58,899 nucleotides of DNA, filler included, from Sphacelaria rigidula (GCA_964200075.2; 8 parts of 8 records of this genome joined end to end with filler, not necessarily neighbours in it); one strand, 5' to 3'. Shown: positions 1-12,593, counted from the first letter of the whole stretch. Program-made: numbers and translations. The notes: generated by a model not told the origin, from the letters alone.

Positions 1-72
1 TCCGTCCCGGCTTTGTAGGGATGCGAGGTCAATGGTCTTATGACTATGGCATGCAAAATCATGAGTACACCC
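1..72 (+). repeat. 3' part of ~300-bp dispersed repeat family R300 (ends CATGAGTACACCC)
   Basis: Aligns by eye with 5690-5770 and 14767-14842; starts at the contig edge. Confidence 0.85.
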
Positions 73-252
73 ACGATCACATAAATGCTGTAAATGTAAA
101 GGCGGTCGTTCGTGCAGTGAGTTTTTTGCGAAAGGCCGACAGTAGAATAGGTTGTCGAGACGACGCAACCACGTGCATACGGTATGATAGATATACTGAC
201 ACATGCTCTTCACGGCCCATACCGTATTGTACTGTGTCCGAGTATCGCATAC

Positions 253-1152
253 AGCAGTCAGCATCAGAAGCCTGCGGAATTCGTAATTTCTCACTTACTT
301 GGAGATTTTCCAAATTTCTTTCGCTTGCCACCGCTCATCACAGTGATGTTGGATGCCAAAGACTGGGGATCTGGAGATGTTACAATCCTCTTCACAAGTA
401 TCGAGAGAATAAAAACTGCGATCAATATTGAGTGACATACAGGCTTGACCGATCTTCGGGGGTCCTGCGAAAGTGCAACCCCAGGTTCTGACTTTACGGT
501 ATTGTCGGTGGACCGACTCGATCTTGATCATATATATGGATATATATATATATATATATATCATTCCACCTGTTCACTGCGCTAGAGCCGGAAAACTATA
601 TTTCTTGAACCGTTCACGGTCAATAACACCCTCCTGATAAATGGGGTCTTTACTCCGTATCTCCCCGACAACACCAACCTGGGCATTGTAGTTATAGCAC
701 GATCTGCTTATTTTGCCAAAAATATCGACGCTACGACGAGCACTTTCGAGTGCTCATGGAGAATAGTTTGCAATAAAAAACGAAAAGAAGACATACACGG
801 AAAATGCTGGAATGAGGTCTGTGCAGTATAGGGGGGAAGGACGATCTTGATCTTTATTTTGAAGAATTGTACACATATTCGTCCATCTGAATATTTACCA
901 TTGCGTTCAGAAAGAGCCGGAAAACTGTTTCTATTCTATCAACAACGTTAGATAACACCCTCCTGATAAACGGCGTATCTAGTCCGTATCGCCCGATAGA
1001 CACGAACTTGGGCACTGTGGTTTGAGCGCGGCCTACGCTTTCCCCATAAACCTACCGACGATAGCACTTTCAAGTACTAATGAAGAATAGAACTCGAGAA
1101 AACTCAAAAAATATAACAGCTATGAATTCCCAGACTTCTGATGCTGACTGCT
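253..1152. mobile_element. Degenerate inverted-repeat-bounded element with an internal ~325-bp tandem duplication
   Basis: AGCAGTCAGCATCAGAAG..GAATTCGTA (253-285) is inverted at 1121-1152; 519-790 and 842-1100 share CGATCTTGATC, AGAGCCGGAAAACT, TAACACCCTCCTGATAAA and AGCACTTTC blocks in the same order. Confidence 0.55.
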
Positions 1153-2110
1153 ACAGTACTCCACACCCATTTTCGGCGATGACACACAGCATACTGTCGT
1201 AACGGTACAATAGTAGCAGTGGTAATTTACATACAGTACTGACAAAATACAAAATGTACGCTCCCTTTCATTGTTTGGTTTTGCGCGTAGATCCAAGCCC
1301 GAGACAAGTTCAAAAGGTCGTGTCTACTCGCCATTGCTCCTCTAACGAGGGCTACGCACACTCATGATGAATATTCATATCAATCCCACCGCCGAAAATA
1401 CAATTCCCAGTGCGGTATTGTGAGCAGCTGTGCTGTACTATGAGCAGCTGTGCTGCTGCGACAGCTGTGCGCCTTCACACATGATAGATACCACGAGTAT
1501 CTGTGCCGTCCTATGTCTGTACCGTGTTAACTCGTGGAAAACTGCACCTGCGGTTGTGAGACCGCTGTTCTCTCTCCCCCCTGTCTCGAAGATCATTTCC
1601 TCCTCCCATGATATTCAGCAGCTCCATGAGCTCATCGTCGCCTCGTACCCTCGTCATCGGTCCCGACAGTACACCTTCACAGTCTACCGTAGCAGTCAGA
1701 AGTAGACACCAATGGCACCTTGTATCACCCAATCAATCAAAATCATGGTCAAAGTTGATCAATGAAGTATTTTAATTCTTGTCGCATGCCCTACGGTATC
1801 CCTCCAACGTCCGTTCCTTGTAACTTGACTCTTGCAATAACATAGTGCGGTGTGACGGACGCGAAGATACACAGCCTTATTGGGAGAAAAAATTTTATAC
1901 TTCTGCCACACTGTGGTGCATTCACTGGACGACGAGGTACCGTACTCTGCGGTACTATACCCTCTGTGAACAGTGCTGTTTATGTACACTCCAAGGGTGA
2001 AGCCGTGAGGCATAGATTGTGTTCCGAAATCAGCCAACACAACGCTTCTCTACAGCAGGCGTGGGCAGCAGGAGGAACGTTACTGGCGGCCAGCCTACGG
2101 CGGGGTCGCT

Positions 2111-2285
2111 ATGAGTTTGGATTCGAGATGCGCGGACTTCGGTTGCAGAAGAGAATTTCGTCGACAACCACAGCAGCAACAACAGCACGATGAACAAATC
2201 AACCGAAATACGAATTGCCCCACCTCCGTATGCAGTTGCTCCGCAGCAGCAATCCCCGCCGACGACACGGCCCCCAACGAAAGCT

Positions 2286-2319
<34 letters not shown>

Positions 2320-2352
2320 CAGCAGCAGTAGCAGCAGCAGCAGTAGCAGCGA

Positions 2353-2442
<90 letters not shown>

Positions 2443-2796
2443 CGGGAATACCAGAGGGAATGGGAGAAGCGGAAAATGTAGGAGTCGACGAAAGAGTCAG
2501 CGACTTCACTATCCTCTTCTTCTGCCGGGGCTGCTCGTGCAAGTCTCTCTCTTGTCTTGGCGCGTAATTTTGCTTGTGTCCTGGTCTGCCGGGCATGGTA
2601 GCGCACACCTTCATGGTGCTAGTGCTGCAACGGTACGGGCGGTGGCAGCGGGGACGGGGGCGGCAGCGGGAGCACCTGAAGGAAGTGATTGGATTTCTGA
2701 GTTTCCTGCCAAAGAAGCGGGAGCAGGTCGACAAGCTGCATCAATCTCAGCCGAGAAAGTGGCGGAAAATGTGCAAGATCGTCTAAACCTCTCTCG
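2111..2796 (+). CDS. Putative first exon of an unknown gene (poly-Q/S/N tracts followed by a hydrophobic segment)
   Basis: ATG at 2111, open frame through the microsatellites, hydrophobic LLLPGLLVQVSLLSWRVILLVSW, strong donor GTGAGT at 2797 (phase 2). No family recognised. Confidence 0.45.
2283..2443 (+). repeat. Compound microsatellite (GCA)n-(ACA)n
   Basis: Directly visible; it explains the overlapping homopolymer ORFs. Confidence 0.97.
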
Positions 2797-4597
2797 GTGA
2801 GTCGTGTTTTTTGTTCTCTCCGGGGGTCTTGGTATATTCAAGGGCCTGTCAAGAGAAAAAAATCGGACAGGAAGCCCCCCTCCCTCCCTCCCTCCCTCCC
2901 TCCCTCCCTCCCGGAGGACAATTTTTCGAAAATTGTCATGGTGTCTGACTTATTTTTTTTAATGATTTTTTTGTGATTTTTCTTCTTTTGTTGAAGTTGT
3001 TGTAAGAAATTGATCAACACTGACAAAAACAGAAAAATCTGGCGGGCTTTGCGAGGTTCGTATATTTGCTTCTGCTCCTTGCCCGCCCTGTCCCGATGAC
3101 CTCGGATGCCGGCAACGCTCATACACATCTACGTACAAAACATAAGCGCACGGTAGCGACAGCCTGTAGCTAAAGTAGCAACAATATCTTACGTATCGCC
3201 AGATTTGCCCGGACCACTAGTGGTACAGTAGGTAGTCGAGGCGCACGACACGGAACATGATCCTATACATGTAATCATGCTAAGTGATGAGCTTGGAGAG
3301 GCAGTGTGTCCGTCATCTCAGCGGTCTCCACGCCAAGAATCTCTGTACACGGCAGCTGACCGCATCTGCCGCAACGCCTCGTCAACAAACTAGGAGACAG
3401 CAGGCTCGGTGTACCCCCCCTCAAAAACTCGATTTTTCGATCTTGGGGCCTACGTGTCCCGAAATATGTTTTCGACAGACCCTTGGTATATTACAGATAG
3501 TGCAGTACAAAACTGGGCTGGCAATTATAGAACATAGAGACAAGGCCACAATCGTCTTCCTTTCTAGTACAAGTTAACCTGCCTTGATCCTGGATAAAAA
3601 CGGGTCCTGCCCTATTCCAAGTTTCGAGATTAACCCTACGAGCGCTGGCCCTCATTTCAGAACAATATCACCGGTTGACCTTCAACGCGGGTATCGTAAC
3701 AGCCCCCCAATGCCACAACTGACCAAGTCCTCCTCGTTCGTTATCGCCATCCCCAGTGACAGCGTGTGGTTTATTTATCCATGACTCATCCATCCCTGCA
3801 TTTTGTACGAAGCATATTTTATTGCTCAATCGAAGGAGCCTGTTTTTCGTGCATATTTTCCCAGCGGGTCACCCAGGATTCGTCTGTGGCACCTGGCAGA
3901 TGGTGTCGAAGGGGGTGAGGGGGACCCCCGCCTTGTTTCGGATCATGATACCAAGCGCAATCAAGAGAGATATTATGACCTTGCAGATGAGAGTTGTGTG
4001 CGTGTATTTTAGGTGCTAGCAGAGCTCGTATGCATAAGCCATCGAGCGTAGCATGCCCTTGTATTTTACGGATTTTTTTTTTTTTGCCGTTAGCGTTCAA
4101 AGTTGCTCGCTACAAAAAGCACACGTTTTTCCATTTTCCGGTATGGCAAGGTGTCAGGGGGAGGGAGTTATCCCGCCGTACTTCCCGATGAACCCTCTGC
4201 CATACCGTGGAGACGTTCCTGTGAACTGCATATCAGACTTCTGTAAAACCACTGAATCGATTGAGATGTTCCCCATGTTCTAGTCTGAATTTTGTTTTCG
4301 AGGGTCCGAATATTGAGGTCCTAATACTACAATGCACAGGACTCGAGAAGGGTGGGAAAGAAAAACGGGACATAATTGTTCAAGTGACGGGCGAATGATC
4401 GTCAAAGTGTGCATACCAGCACGCGCTACCTCAAATCTAGGCAAAAAAACATATATGGACGGAGACTCACCTACAACAATCACGAATGCCACAGCAGCAA
4501 CCCTCGCCCCCGTATTTCACGACGCGCAAGTCCTGCTGCACACCTATTTCATGACAATTCCCGGGGAGAAGCATCGCCTATTGATACATTAACTCAG

Positions 4598-4913
4598 AAA
4601 GTTAAGTTTGGCGTGTGCCTCTGCTGTTGCGGCACCCCTTGCCCCTTCGGGTGCTATGACACTTTTTTTGCTCATTGGCGCCGGCAGCGTTTTGTATGCC
4701 ACATCTATATCGCACACGCGCTTGGTTTCGCGATCGCCTAGAGGATCTTTCACACCGCACACGCCGATGCAGCTGCTGACCGCGATTGCCGCGATTGCGA
4801 CTGGTAAAGTTCTGCGGGACCGGCGCAAGCCCTGGGAGTTTTCGGCGATTGCCAGCCACCCACGTCACCGCGGCACGCAGCTCTCGCCTTTTGTGGCGGT
4901 GGATGAGCATTTG
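4598..4913 (+). CDS. Tentative second exon of the 2111 gene
   Basis: Acceptor CTCAG|A at 4597 gives phase 2, matching the 2797 donor; frame open to possible donor GTAAAT at 4914. A phase match has about a 1-in-3 chance of being coincidental. Confidence 0.25.
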
Positions 4914-5466
4914 GTAAATGCGTAATTCGGGATTGTGTGTGGCGGTCGAGTACCTTTTTTTTTAATATGGATCTGTATTTCGTGAGCCGCAGTCCGCAGA
5001 ACATCCGCATTCTTATTGGTGCGGGCTCGCAGTAAGGGAGGTGATGGCGAGCCAGTGGCAAAAACGCGCCACTTTTATGTGGAAGTCGTGATGAAAATGA
5101 ACTTCCCCTCTTGCTTCTAGTCTCACCTTAGGGAGTGGGGTCGGCTGCCTCAATTCGAATCTACCGTGAGGTTGCATTTTGTTTTTTTTTGGAGGCTGCT
5201 TTCTATTGTTGCAGATTTCCTGCTTCCGCCCCTCTCAACAAGACCTCCCCTCCTACGATATGCGGTTGGCGTCGGTTGGCAAGGACGCTGTCAAACATGC
5301 CACTCACTGCGGCAACCAGAGTACCCATTTTTTCTGCGCGCTTGCGGATTTATTTTTGCGGTAACCATGACGGTAGTGGAGCTAGATCATGTTGTGCGAG
5401 GTGGGAGACCCTCAACTCCGCGCAAAAGAGATTATCGTACTACTTAGTGTTTAAATGGTGAGACAC

Positions 5467-5770
5467 CCATGAGGCAGTATATAAGCCGCGACTGTCTCTG
5501 GGAGTGGATATACCAGAAAATGAAGCAACTCATTGGAGGCTGTCATTCTAATGCAACATGATCAGTAGGCTTCGGGTCGAACAGTCTTGGCAAGATGCAG
5601 CTCGCCCTTTATGTAACTCGCCGAATACATCACAGCGTTTCGCGCTCGGTTATTGATTGCGAGCCTAGTCCGGCAAAAACCCGGCGTGCTCCGTCCCGAC
5701 TTCGTAGGGATGTGAGGGTCAATGGTCTCATGGCTACGGAATGCAAGATCATCAGAACACCCTCCCCCCC
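5467..5770 (+). repeat. Full-length copy of repeat family R300
   Basis: 5' half matches 7086-7275 and the reverse complement of 44251-44320; 3' half matches 1-72 and 14751-14842. Confidence 0.85.
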
Positions 5771-7085
5771 AACAAGACCTCAGGAACGAGGTGGTTATGT
5801 TTGCGAGTTTTGTGAAATAGGGGTCGGTTGCCACTTGTTGCTTGATATGTGTTGTACTCTGCCGCACACATGCTGCGCTGCACTTGATTTGATTTCTATG
5901 GTTGGGGGGATTGCAATTGCACGTGCCAGAGCGATGATCGTGCGGGGGGAAAGCCGAGGTGACACACCCTGCCCTCGATCGATTGATCGGTGTTTGAATT
6001 TGGCACGCCAATCGACCCGGTACATATCCAATCGTAGTCACGAGCTACACGTACCAAATTCACCGCAACCCAATAGTCTACAATTCCAAAACTGACTTCA
6101 TTAGGTTGGGAGGGGGGGAGGTGGGCTCGATTCCCGGCTGATAACCTTATCGTTTGGAATTTTCCGCGACATATCTGATTCCCGTCGTTGAAGACGTGGG
6201 GATGTGAGCAGCAAAAAATAGAAGAGCCTGTTTCTGAGTGATTTATTTTGACCGAGTTTGCTTGATGGGAGTCGACGCGATGCGATATTGTTAGTCATGA
6301 TACAATCCAATCCACGATAATATCAAAGTGTGGGGCGTGTACTGTACCGGGGTAGAGATGGGTTGATACCTTTGAGACTACGGACGTGTCTCGAAGAAGG
6401 AGAGGGGTTGAAATGATGAGAAGAGTTGGGGAAAAACAAATGACAATAACTGTAACATGTGAGAACAATCGCATAAGACTACTCGCCAAAGAAGGATGAG
6501 AAGGTAAATTACAGGAGGGTAAAAGTCAGACAGACTTGAGGGACATTGACGCCAGGCGAAGCGGTCGTAGCGGTCCTGAGGGAACAAGAGGGCGACAGGT
6601 CCCTGTCAGGAGTCCAGAAGAGAGACCGTCATGCGGCAACATCTTGGAGACAATCAACGACTTAGTGGTTCTACGGTACTATAGGGGTGAACATGTTATT
6701 CTGAGGCTCTGCACTTTAGACGCCTCTCAACGACAAAAATCTGGGCCTTACTGTGCAGCCTCAGAAAACTTTTGGACGAAAAAGTGCACCCCTGTCGTAC
6801 AATCACTCGACTCAGCTATCTGTAGACCGCACTAGCTGAGAGGAATAAAAAAACGCGAAATATGATGACAACGAGTCACGCGAGAACAAGTGCGGCAGGT
6901 CCAAAAATAGAAAGGGAGCAAAGAAAAAAACGAGGAGAAGCAAAGAAGAACGACGTGGACAAGAGGAGACAGAACACGAAAAAAACAGAGCTTGAGTTAC
7001 AGGCCAAGTACAGAATGCAACAATCGATAGGTCAATATGCAAGTATCGGTTGGCCGTGTAGCCCTTGCCCGCCCCCCTCGCTGCC

Positions 7086-7275
7086 CCCCATGAGGCGGAG
7101 TATAAGCCGTGGCTGTCTCTGGAAGTGACGATACCAGAAAATGAAGCAACTTAGTGGAGGCTGTCAACCTTATGCAAGACACTCAGTACGCTTCGGACCG
7201 AACAATCTTAGCAGGATGCAGCTCATCCTTTATGCGACTCGCCGAACACACTACGGCGCTTCGCGCTTGGTGATT
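7086..7275 (+). repeat. 5' part of R300, cut by the contig end
   Basis: CCCATGAGGC..TATAAGCCG..GCTGTCTCTGG..ATACCAGAAAATGAAGCAACT is colinear with 5467-5655. Confidence 0.85.
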
Positions 7276-7375
7276 NNNNNNNNNNNNNNNNNNNNNNNNN
7301 NNNNNNNNNNNNNNNNNNNTTAATTAATTAANNNNNNNNNNNNNNNNNNNNNNNNNNNNNNNNNNNNNNNNNNNN
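7276..7375. other. Artificial contig spacer (44N-TTAATTAATTAA-44N); also at 14651, 22026, 29401, 36776, 44151 and 51526
   Basis: Identical stop-in-all-frames linker recurring at an exact 7375-bp period. Confidence 0.98.
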
Positions 7376-9312
7376 GTGCAGAATATCGTGACAACGGATC
7401 TTCCATCGGCCACTTTGGCCGAAGGAATCACTTCCCCCTCCCAGCAAAGGGCCCCAAGATACAGATCTTACCGTTTCGAACAACCGCGGCACCCCGCTCA
7501 AAACCGTTAGCACGGATCTTCCATCCCCCTCTCAACACACCACATATCACATTCTGCACCCGCTGCTTGCTGTACACAGCTTGCTGTACACAACACGTAT
7601 GTAGTAAGGAGGCGTGATGTCTACGGGGCATTCACGGTATAGCGTCGTGTGTCCTGCTGCGATAGTACTACTACTGCTGTCCACGCTGCTATGTAGAGTA
7701 TCATTAAGGAGTGATGTGTGTAAAGCGCTTCGTTATACGTAGCTGTATATTTTTAGAGAGGTGTTTAGACTGCCGTGCTTGCTGTGACAACAGCGGATCT
7801 TTTTGCTACTACTGTTCTCTCTATATGATGGACGGATATTGATTCGTCTGAAAATTAGTTGCTTTTAGTGTACTTGATTCGTACCATACGAATCAATCCT
7901 TGGGCTTTGTTTTCTGCGTTGCACCCCAGGTACGCGCACCCAAGGCACATGGGAAAGCGCAGAATTTGTGTAGAGACGTTTTCGTCCCGCCGTCAACTTT
8001 TTCTCTCTTTCAAGCAATCAGGCCTCAGATATTGTCGGTATACATGGTCATTTGCACCCGAATTATTTTCGGGAAGGGATACAGCAGTAGTTACAACTGG
8101 CAACACGCACAAAGGGACATGCGTGCGTTGTTTGTCCGCGAGCCGTATGCAGGCGCACGACTCCAGGCGGAAGCACCCTGCCTTCTTCTGCATGATATTA
8201 GTACGTCTCCGTACATTGTTTTTGATGTTTTCATTCCATGCCACCTCAATAGTATTCTCTAGGTATTTCGTACTCGACAACAATGTCAGTCCCAGTCCTG
8301 CGAACCCAACAGGCTTTATGTTTCTGTCCAGAACCCACCGTACTTCTAGATTCTGTTCATAGGAATCTTCTAGCCACGAGAAAGATTCCTCGGGTTGTCG
8401 GCTACAACGATGTCTGCAAGCCTTCTTCAAATTACGGTCCTATGTGCAGCTCCGACGTCAAGGGTGTCGCACCCAATACCATCACCACTTTCTATGTGCT
8501 TTACTGGTTTCTGGGCTGTCGTTTTCTCCGAGGCGAGGTGCGAGGCTACTCCCTCGCCTCCCGCCTTACTCCGGTGTTCATGTATACTTCACTGTCAACC
8601 TCTCCCGGACGCTGTCTGCGGAGAGACGAGGGCTCATAAACCTCCGGCGGCCATCTATCGAGGACAATCCTCAACAAAGGGGCCATCATATAGAGAGAAC
8701 AGTAGTACCAAAAAGAGACCTGCTGTTGTCACAGCAAGCACGGCAGTCTAAATACCTCTCTAAAAATATACAGCTACGTATGACGAAGCGTTTTACACAC
8801 ATCACTCCTCAATGATACTCTACATAGCAGCGTGGACAGCAGTAGTAGTACTATCGCAGCAGGACACACGACACTATACCGTAAATGCCCCGTAGACATC
8901 AGTCCTCCTTACTACATGCGTGTTGTGTACAGCAAGCTGTGTACAGCAAGCAGCGGGTGCAGAATGTGATATGTGGTGTGTTGAGAGGGGGATGGAAGAT
9001 CCATGCCAACGGTTTAGAGCGGGGTGCCGCGGTTGTTCGCAACGGTAAGATCTGTATCTTGGGGCCCTTTGCTGGGAGGGGGAAGTGATTCCTTCGGCCA
9101 AAGTGGCCGATGGAAGATCCGTGGTCACGATATTCTGCACGGGCTGCATGGTTGTTTGCAGCGGTAAGATCTGTATTTTGGGGCCCTTTGCTGGGAGCGG
9201 GAAGCGATTGTTACGTCGAAGATGGCCGATGGAAGAGACTGATTTCCCGTCACATGTGGGTACAATTTCCAAAAACAAGGGTACAATTGGGAGAAAAGTA
9301 GTCACAGCAGGG
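7376..9312. mobile_element. Foldback/long-TIR non-autonomous element, left arm truncated by the contig start
   Basis: 7376-7831 is the near-identical reverse complement of 8683-9140; the right arm has an internal tandem duplication (9030-9120 vs 9150-9236) and plausibly ends GCAGGG|TA at 9312. Confidence 0.75.
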
Positions 9313-10928
9313 TACACCATGGCCGTCTACCACCGCCGCCGGGTGAAAATGGTCGTTGGCCAATCAGCTGCGCTCATTTCTCCTCCAAACCAAGAGGGTA
9401 CCCAGGTTTGTCGCTAATGCACCATGGTATACACTACTGTGACGTTTGCCCCCAAAAAAATGTCAAGGGGGGGCAGTAGGGACGTCACCACATACCTCAT
9501 GCGCATCGTGTCCGAATTTTGTGAAAAACAATTGAAATTCAACAGTATAACCGCGTTAAATTTTTTCTTGGCTGGTCCATCTCCACATAGGAACCAGTCT
9601 TGGACACGAACACGCGACTTAGCAGCTTAATTTCAGGTCGTTTTATACGATTTTTTGAAATGATGTACAGAATATATGTGCAAAGACGCCCGCATTTGCC
9701 CCACACATTTTTTGTTCCTTCTCCGTGAGTTATCGGCGACCAAATATTTCAGAACAGTTTTTCGGAACAGAATCGTGAATAACTCCCCTCCCCCCCCAAA
9801 AAAAAATGTACGGGGCAAATGGGGGCGTCTTTGCACACACGTCCTGAACATTGTGTCAAAATTTCATAGAAAACGACCCAAAATTGACCTGCTAACTCGC
9901 GTGTTCACATCCCCGTCCGCGTCTCGGGCGGCCCAGCCTGTACACTGTTGTACTGTATATTATACTGCGTTTGCACATAAACACATGCAGGGCACGGTGC
10001 AATACGACACCCATATAAACATGCACAGTTTTGCTGTACATGCTCGAATAAGGCTACGCCAGCTATCCTAGACCTGACTTGCAGCTCTATAGTAGGGCTT
10101 GGCCACCGCCATGCAACAGAAGTGGCGAACCGCCTTCTGTGCTCCGAACGCGTGTCCCGTACTGACTGTACTGCCCGCTAATTTTCCAGGAAGATACTAG
10201 TACCGACCGATGACATGTTTCATGTGTGCAGTAAGTAAGTACATAACAGAGATTATCGTGCGTCGTACCTTCGCAGTGTCTTCCAACATGTTATCCGAAG
10301 ACGCCGACGCCAACCGCAGAGTGAATCCCAGGGGCATAACTCTGCTTCGCCCCAACCGGTATTGACACCCCCCTCCCGCCCCCTCTCCCGCGCCCCACCC
10401 GCTTACTGCCAACACATCACGACCTGCGGTGGGACGCGTCTGCTTGCAATAAAAACGATTCATTTTCAGTACCGGAGGCTGGTGCTGCAGCTGTTTGAGG
10501 ACAGGCACAGGAGGCCGCGGAGTAACAGGGATAAATGCCAGTGCGGCTTGGAAAAAAAGAGCGGTTATGATGCATCGCGATTCAAGTGCACTGAATCCTC
10601 TTCCGCTTCTGCTACCGCGGCTGCTACCGAGCCTCATCTCGATCTGACCCACGTGAGCTGGTACAGCTCACTGAATCTCCTCTGTACACAAAAGCGCAGG
10701 ACTGTAGACACGCGCCGAGATTGCCGCGCTTTTTGAACAAGTAGGCGTTTTTTTTCTCACAGTCCCTCCAACAGTCCTGTATATCTTCGACCTGTAGGCA
10801 GCCAGAGCACACACCCCATCATCTCGAGCATCGAAAGCATCGCGATACCCGTGATTCATAGCGTACGGATTCTAGGACATATACATCCTTGCAAGGTCCT
10901 CTCAATTTAACACACGCATGAAGATAGT

Positions 10929-11260
10929 ATGCTGCCTAGGGTTGCTCCCGCTGCCGCAACCAATGATGGTACCTGTCCCTCGAAGGCGCGTGTCTTCTCG
11001 CGATCCAACAGCGATGGGAGAGCCAGCCCGAAAAAATGGCCGATAGCAGCAGGGGCACAGGAAACGCCTAGTAACAACAGCAGTGTGTCCGATACTCAGA
11101 GTATTCTTGCCACTTCTATCCGAGAAGACCATCTACTGCACGAAACCCGCCGCACCAGCAATGACATTTGTCCAACAGGGGCTACTACCGTACACAACAT
11201 CACAGAGATGCGCGAACGGCCGCGGACAGCATCACAACCCCACGGCGAATGTCGGGGATT

Positions 11261-11296
<36 letters not shown>

Positions 11297-12593
11297 GCAG
11301 AAGCATGTGTGGCGGCGGCGCCGTCGCCATCACCGCCGCAAAAGAACCGAAGCGGAAAATGACATCTTCACGAGCTTCACGCTTAATCGGGACCCAGAGA
11401 ACTCAAAGTATCTCCTTTACGACGAAGTCGTCTACCCGAAGCTCTTCAACCGTCCACGCGAAGCGCAGTTGCCGCGAGCAACAGACTCACCACACAATAT
11501 ACCAGAGCGATGGCGTCAAGATGATGGAGGGGGATCTTCCAGCAGTGGACGTGGTCCCGCGGCGGGAATTGGCGGTAGCTTACCGTTAGCGGCTGCGGCA
11601 GAGCTCGACAGCATGTGGGTTGTGGGATTCGTCGAAAACGCTCGCCGCCACCAAAAAGATTTGCTCTTGAAAGAGCTCCGCGATTTCGTGCGATTACCCG
11701 GATCCACAGTCCTACCAGGTGCTCACGCCGCGCTCACTACCATCAGCCAGATCGAGGTGTCGACAAGCTTCAACGCTAGAAACGGAAACAAGACCGGCGT
11801 GAATGCCAATCGTGATCGTGTCGACGTTAATACTGGGAACAGGAGAGGGCGATCTTCGACTGCGGGTAGCAGGCCCAGCACCATCTCCAACACCGAGGGT
11901 GATGAGAGCGATGGTAGCGATGCTAGTGATCAATCTCCTGGCGGCCCAAGCGCTCTCACTGCGTTAGAGCGACTCAAATTACGCGAGCTAGAAAAGAGGC
12001 TTTCCCAGGCATCGTTAGGTGTAAGAGATCAGGATGTGCGACACAACGCTGGTATTGCGGCGTACGGTGCGGCGAATCGTAAGCTCCGAAAAATCCTGCG
12101 GGGTGCTCGACCCCCAGCGATTGGTCCTAGCGTAAAGAGTCGAAGTTTGGAAGCGGTTTTTCGACGCAATCGAGAAGAGCTAGCGGCCGCTGTCAAGATC
12201 CAACGTTTCTACAAGCACTACTACCGACGCAAACGATTCGATGCTCTTATCCGCCAGCTGAAAGGTGTAGTCAGAATACAGGCACTCGCGCGCGGAGTGA
12301 TCGCCCGGCGATTTGTCGCCGAGTGGTACTCCCGCCGCAGCTTGATGATCCTTGCATGGCAGAACATCATTCGCAGAATGCTCAGCAACATCCACTGGAG
12401 ATGCAGACTAGAAATAGAACACCGGGCGGCGTGTACAATCCAGGCCATCGTCAGGGCGCACGCCGCATGCAAGAAAGCCAAGAGAATCAAAGCATCTCTC
12501 GCCGTGCTCCGCATCCAGTGTCTCTGGCGGGGCTGCGTGAACCGTGCTCGGATCGACCGCATGTGGCTTGGCACGCAAGCCACCCGTATACAA
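10929..12593 (+). CDS. Multi-IQ-motif (calmodulin-binding) protein, exon 1
   Basis: 555 open codons; IQ-type motifs KIQRFYKHYYRR, RIQALARGVIAR, TIQAIVRAHAAC, RIQCLWRGCVNR; in-frame stop upstream at 10908; donor GTAGGT at 12594, phase 0. Confidence 0.88.

Noticed and set aside
2030-2734. Poly-V, poly-L, poly-C and poly-A/T ORFs in other frames
   Set aside because: By-products of stop-free trinucleotide microsatellites
3500-4020. DESW-containing frames resembling a Tc1/IS630 first catalytic motif
   Set aside because: No further motifs in order; too weak to call
7320-7331. Recurrent TTAATTAATTAA motif and ORFs ending XXXLIN
   Set aside because: Artificial linker between contigs
10470-10652. 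Possible upstream exon of the IQ gene (TTTTCAG..GTGAGC)
   Set aside because: Splice-like sites are present, but no convincing in-frame join past the stop at 10908 and no recognisable product
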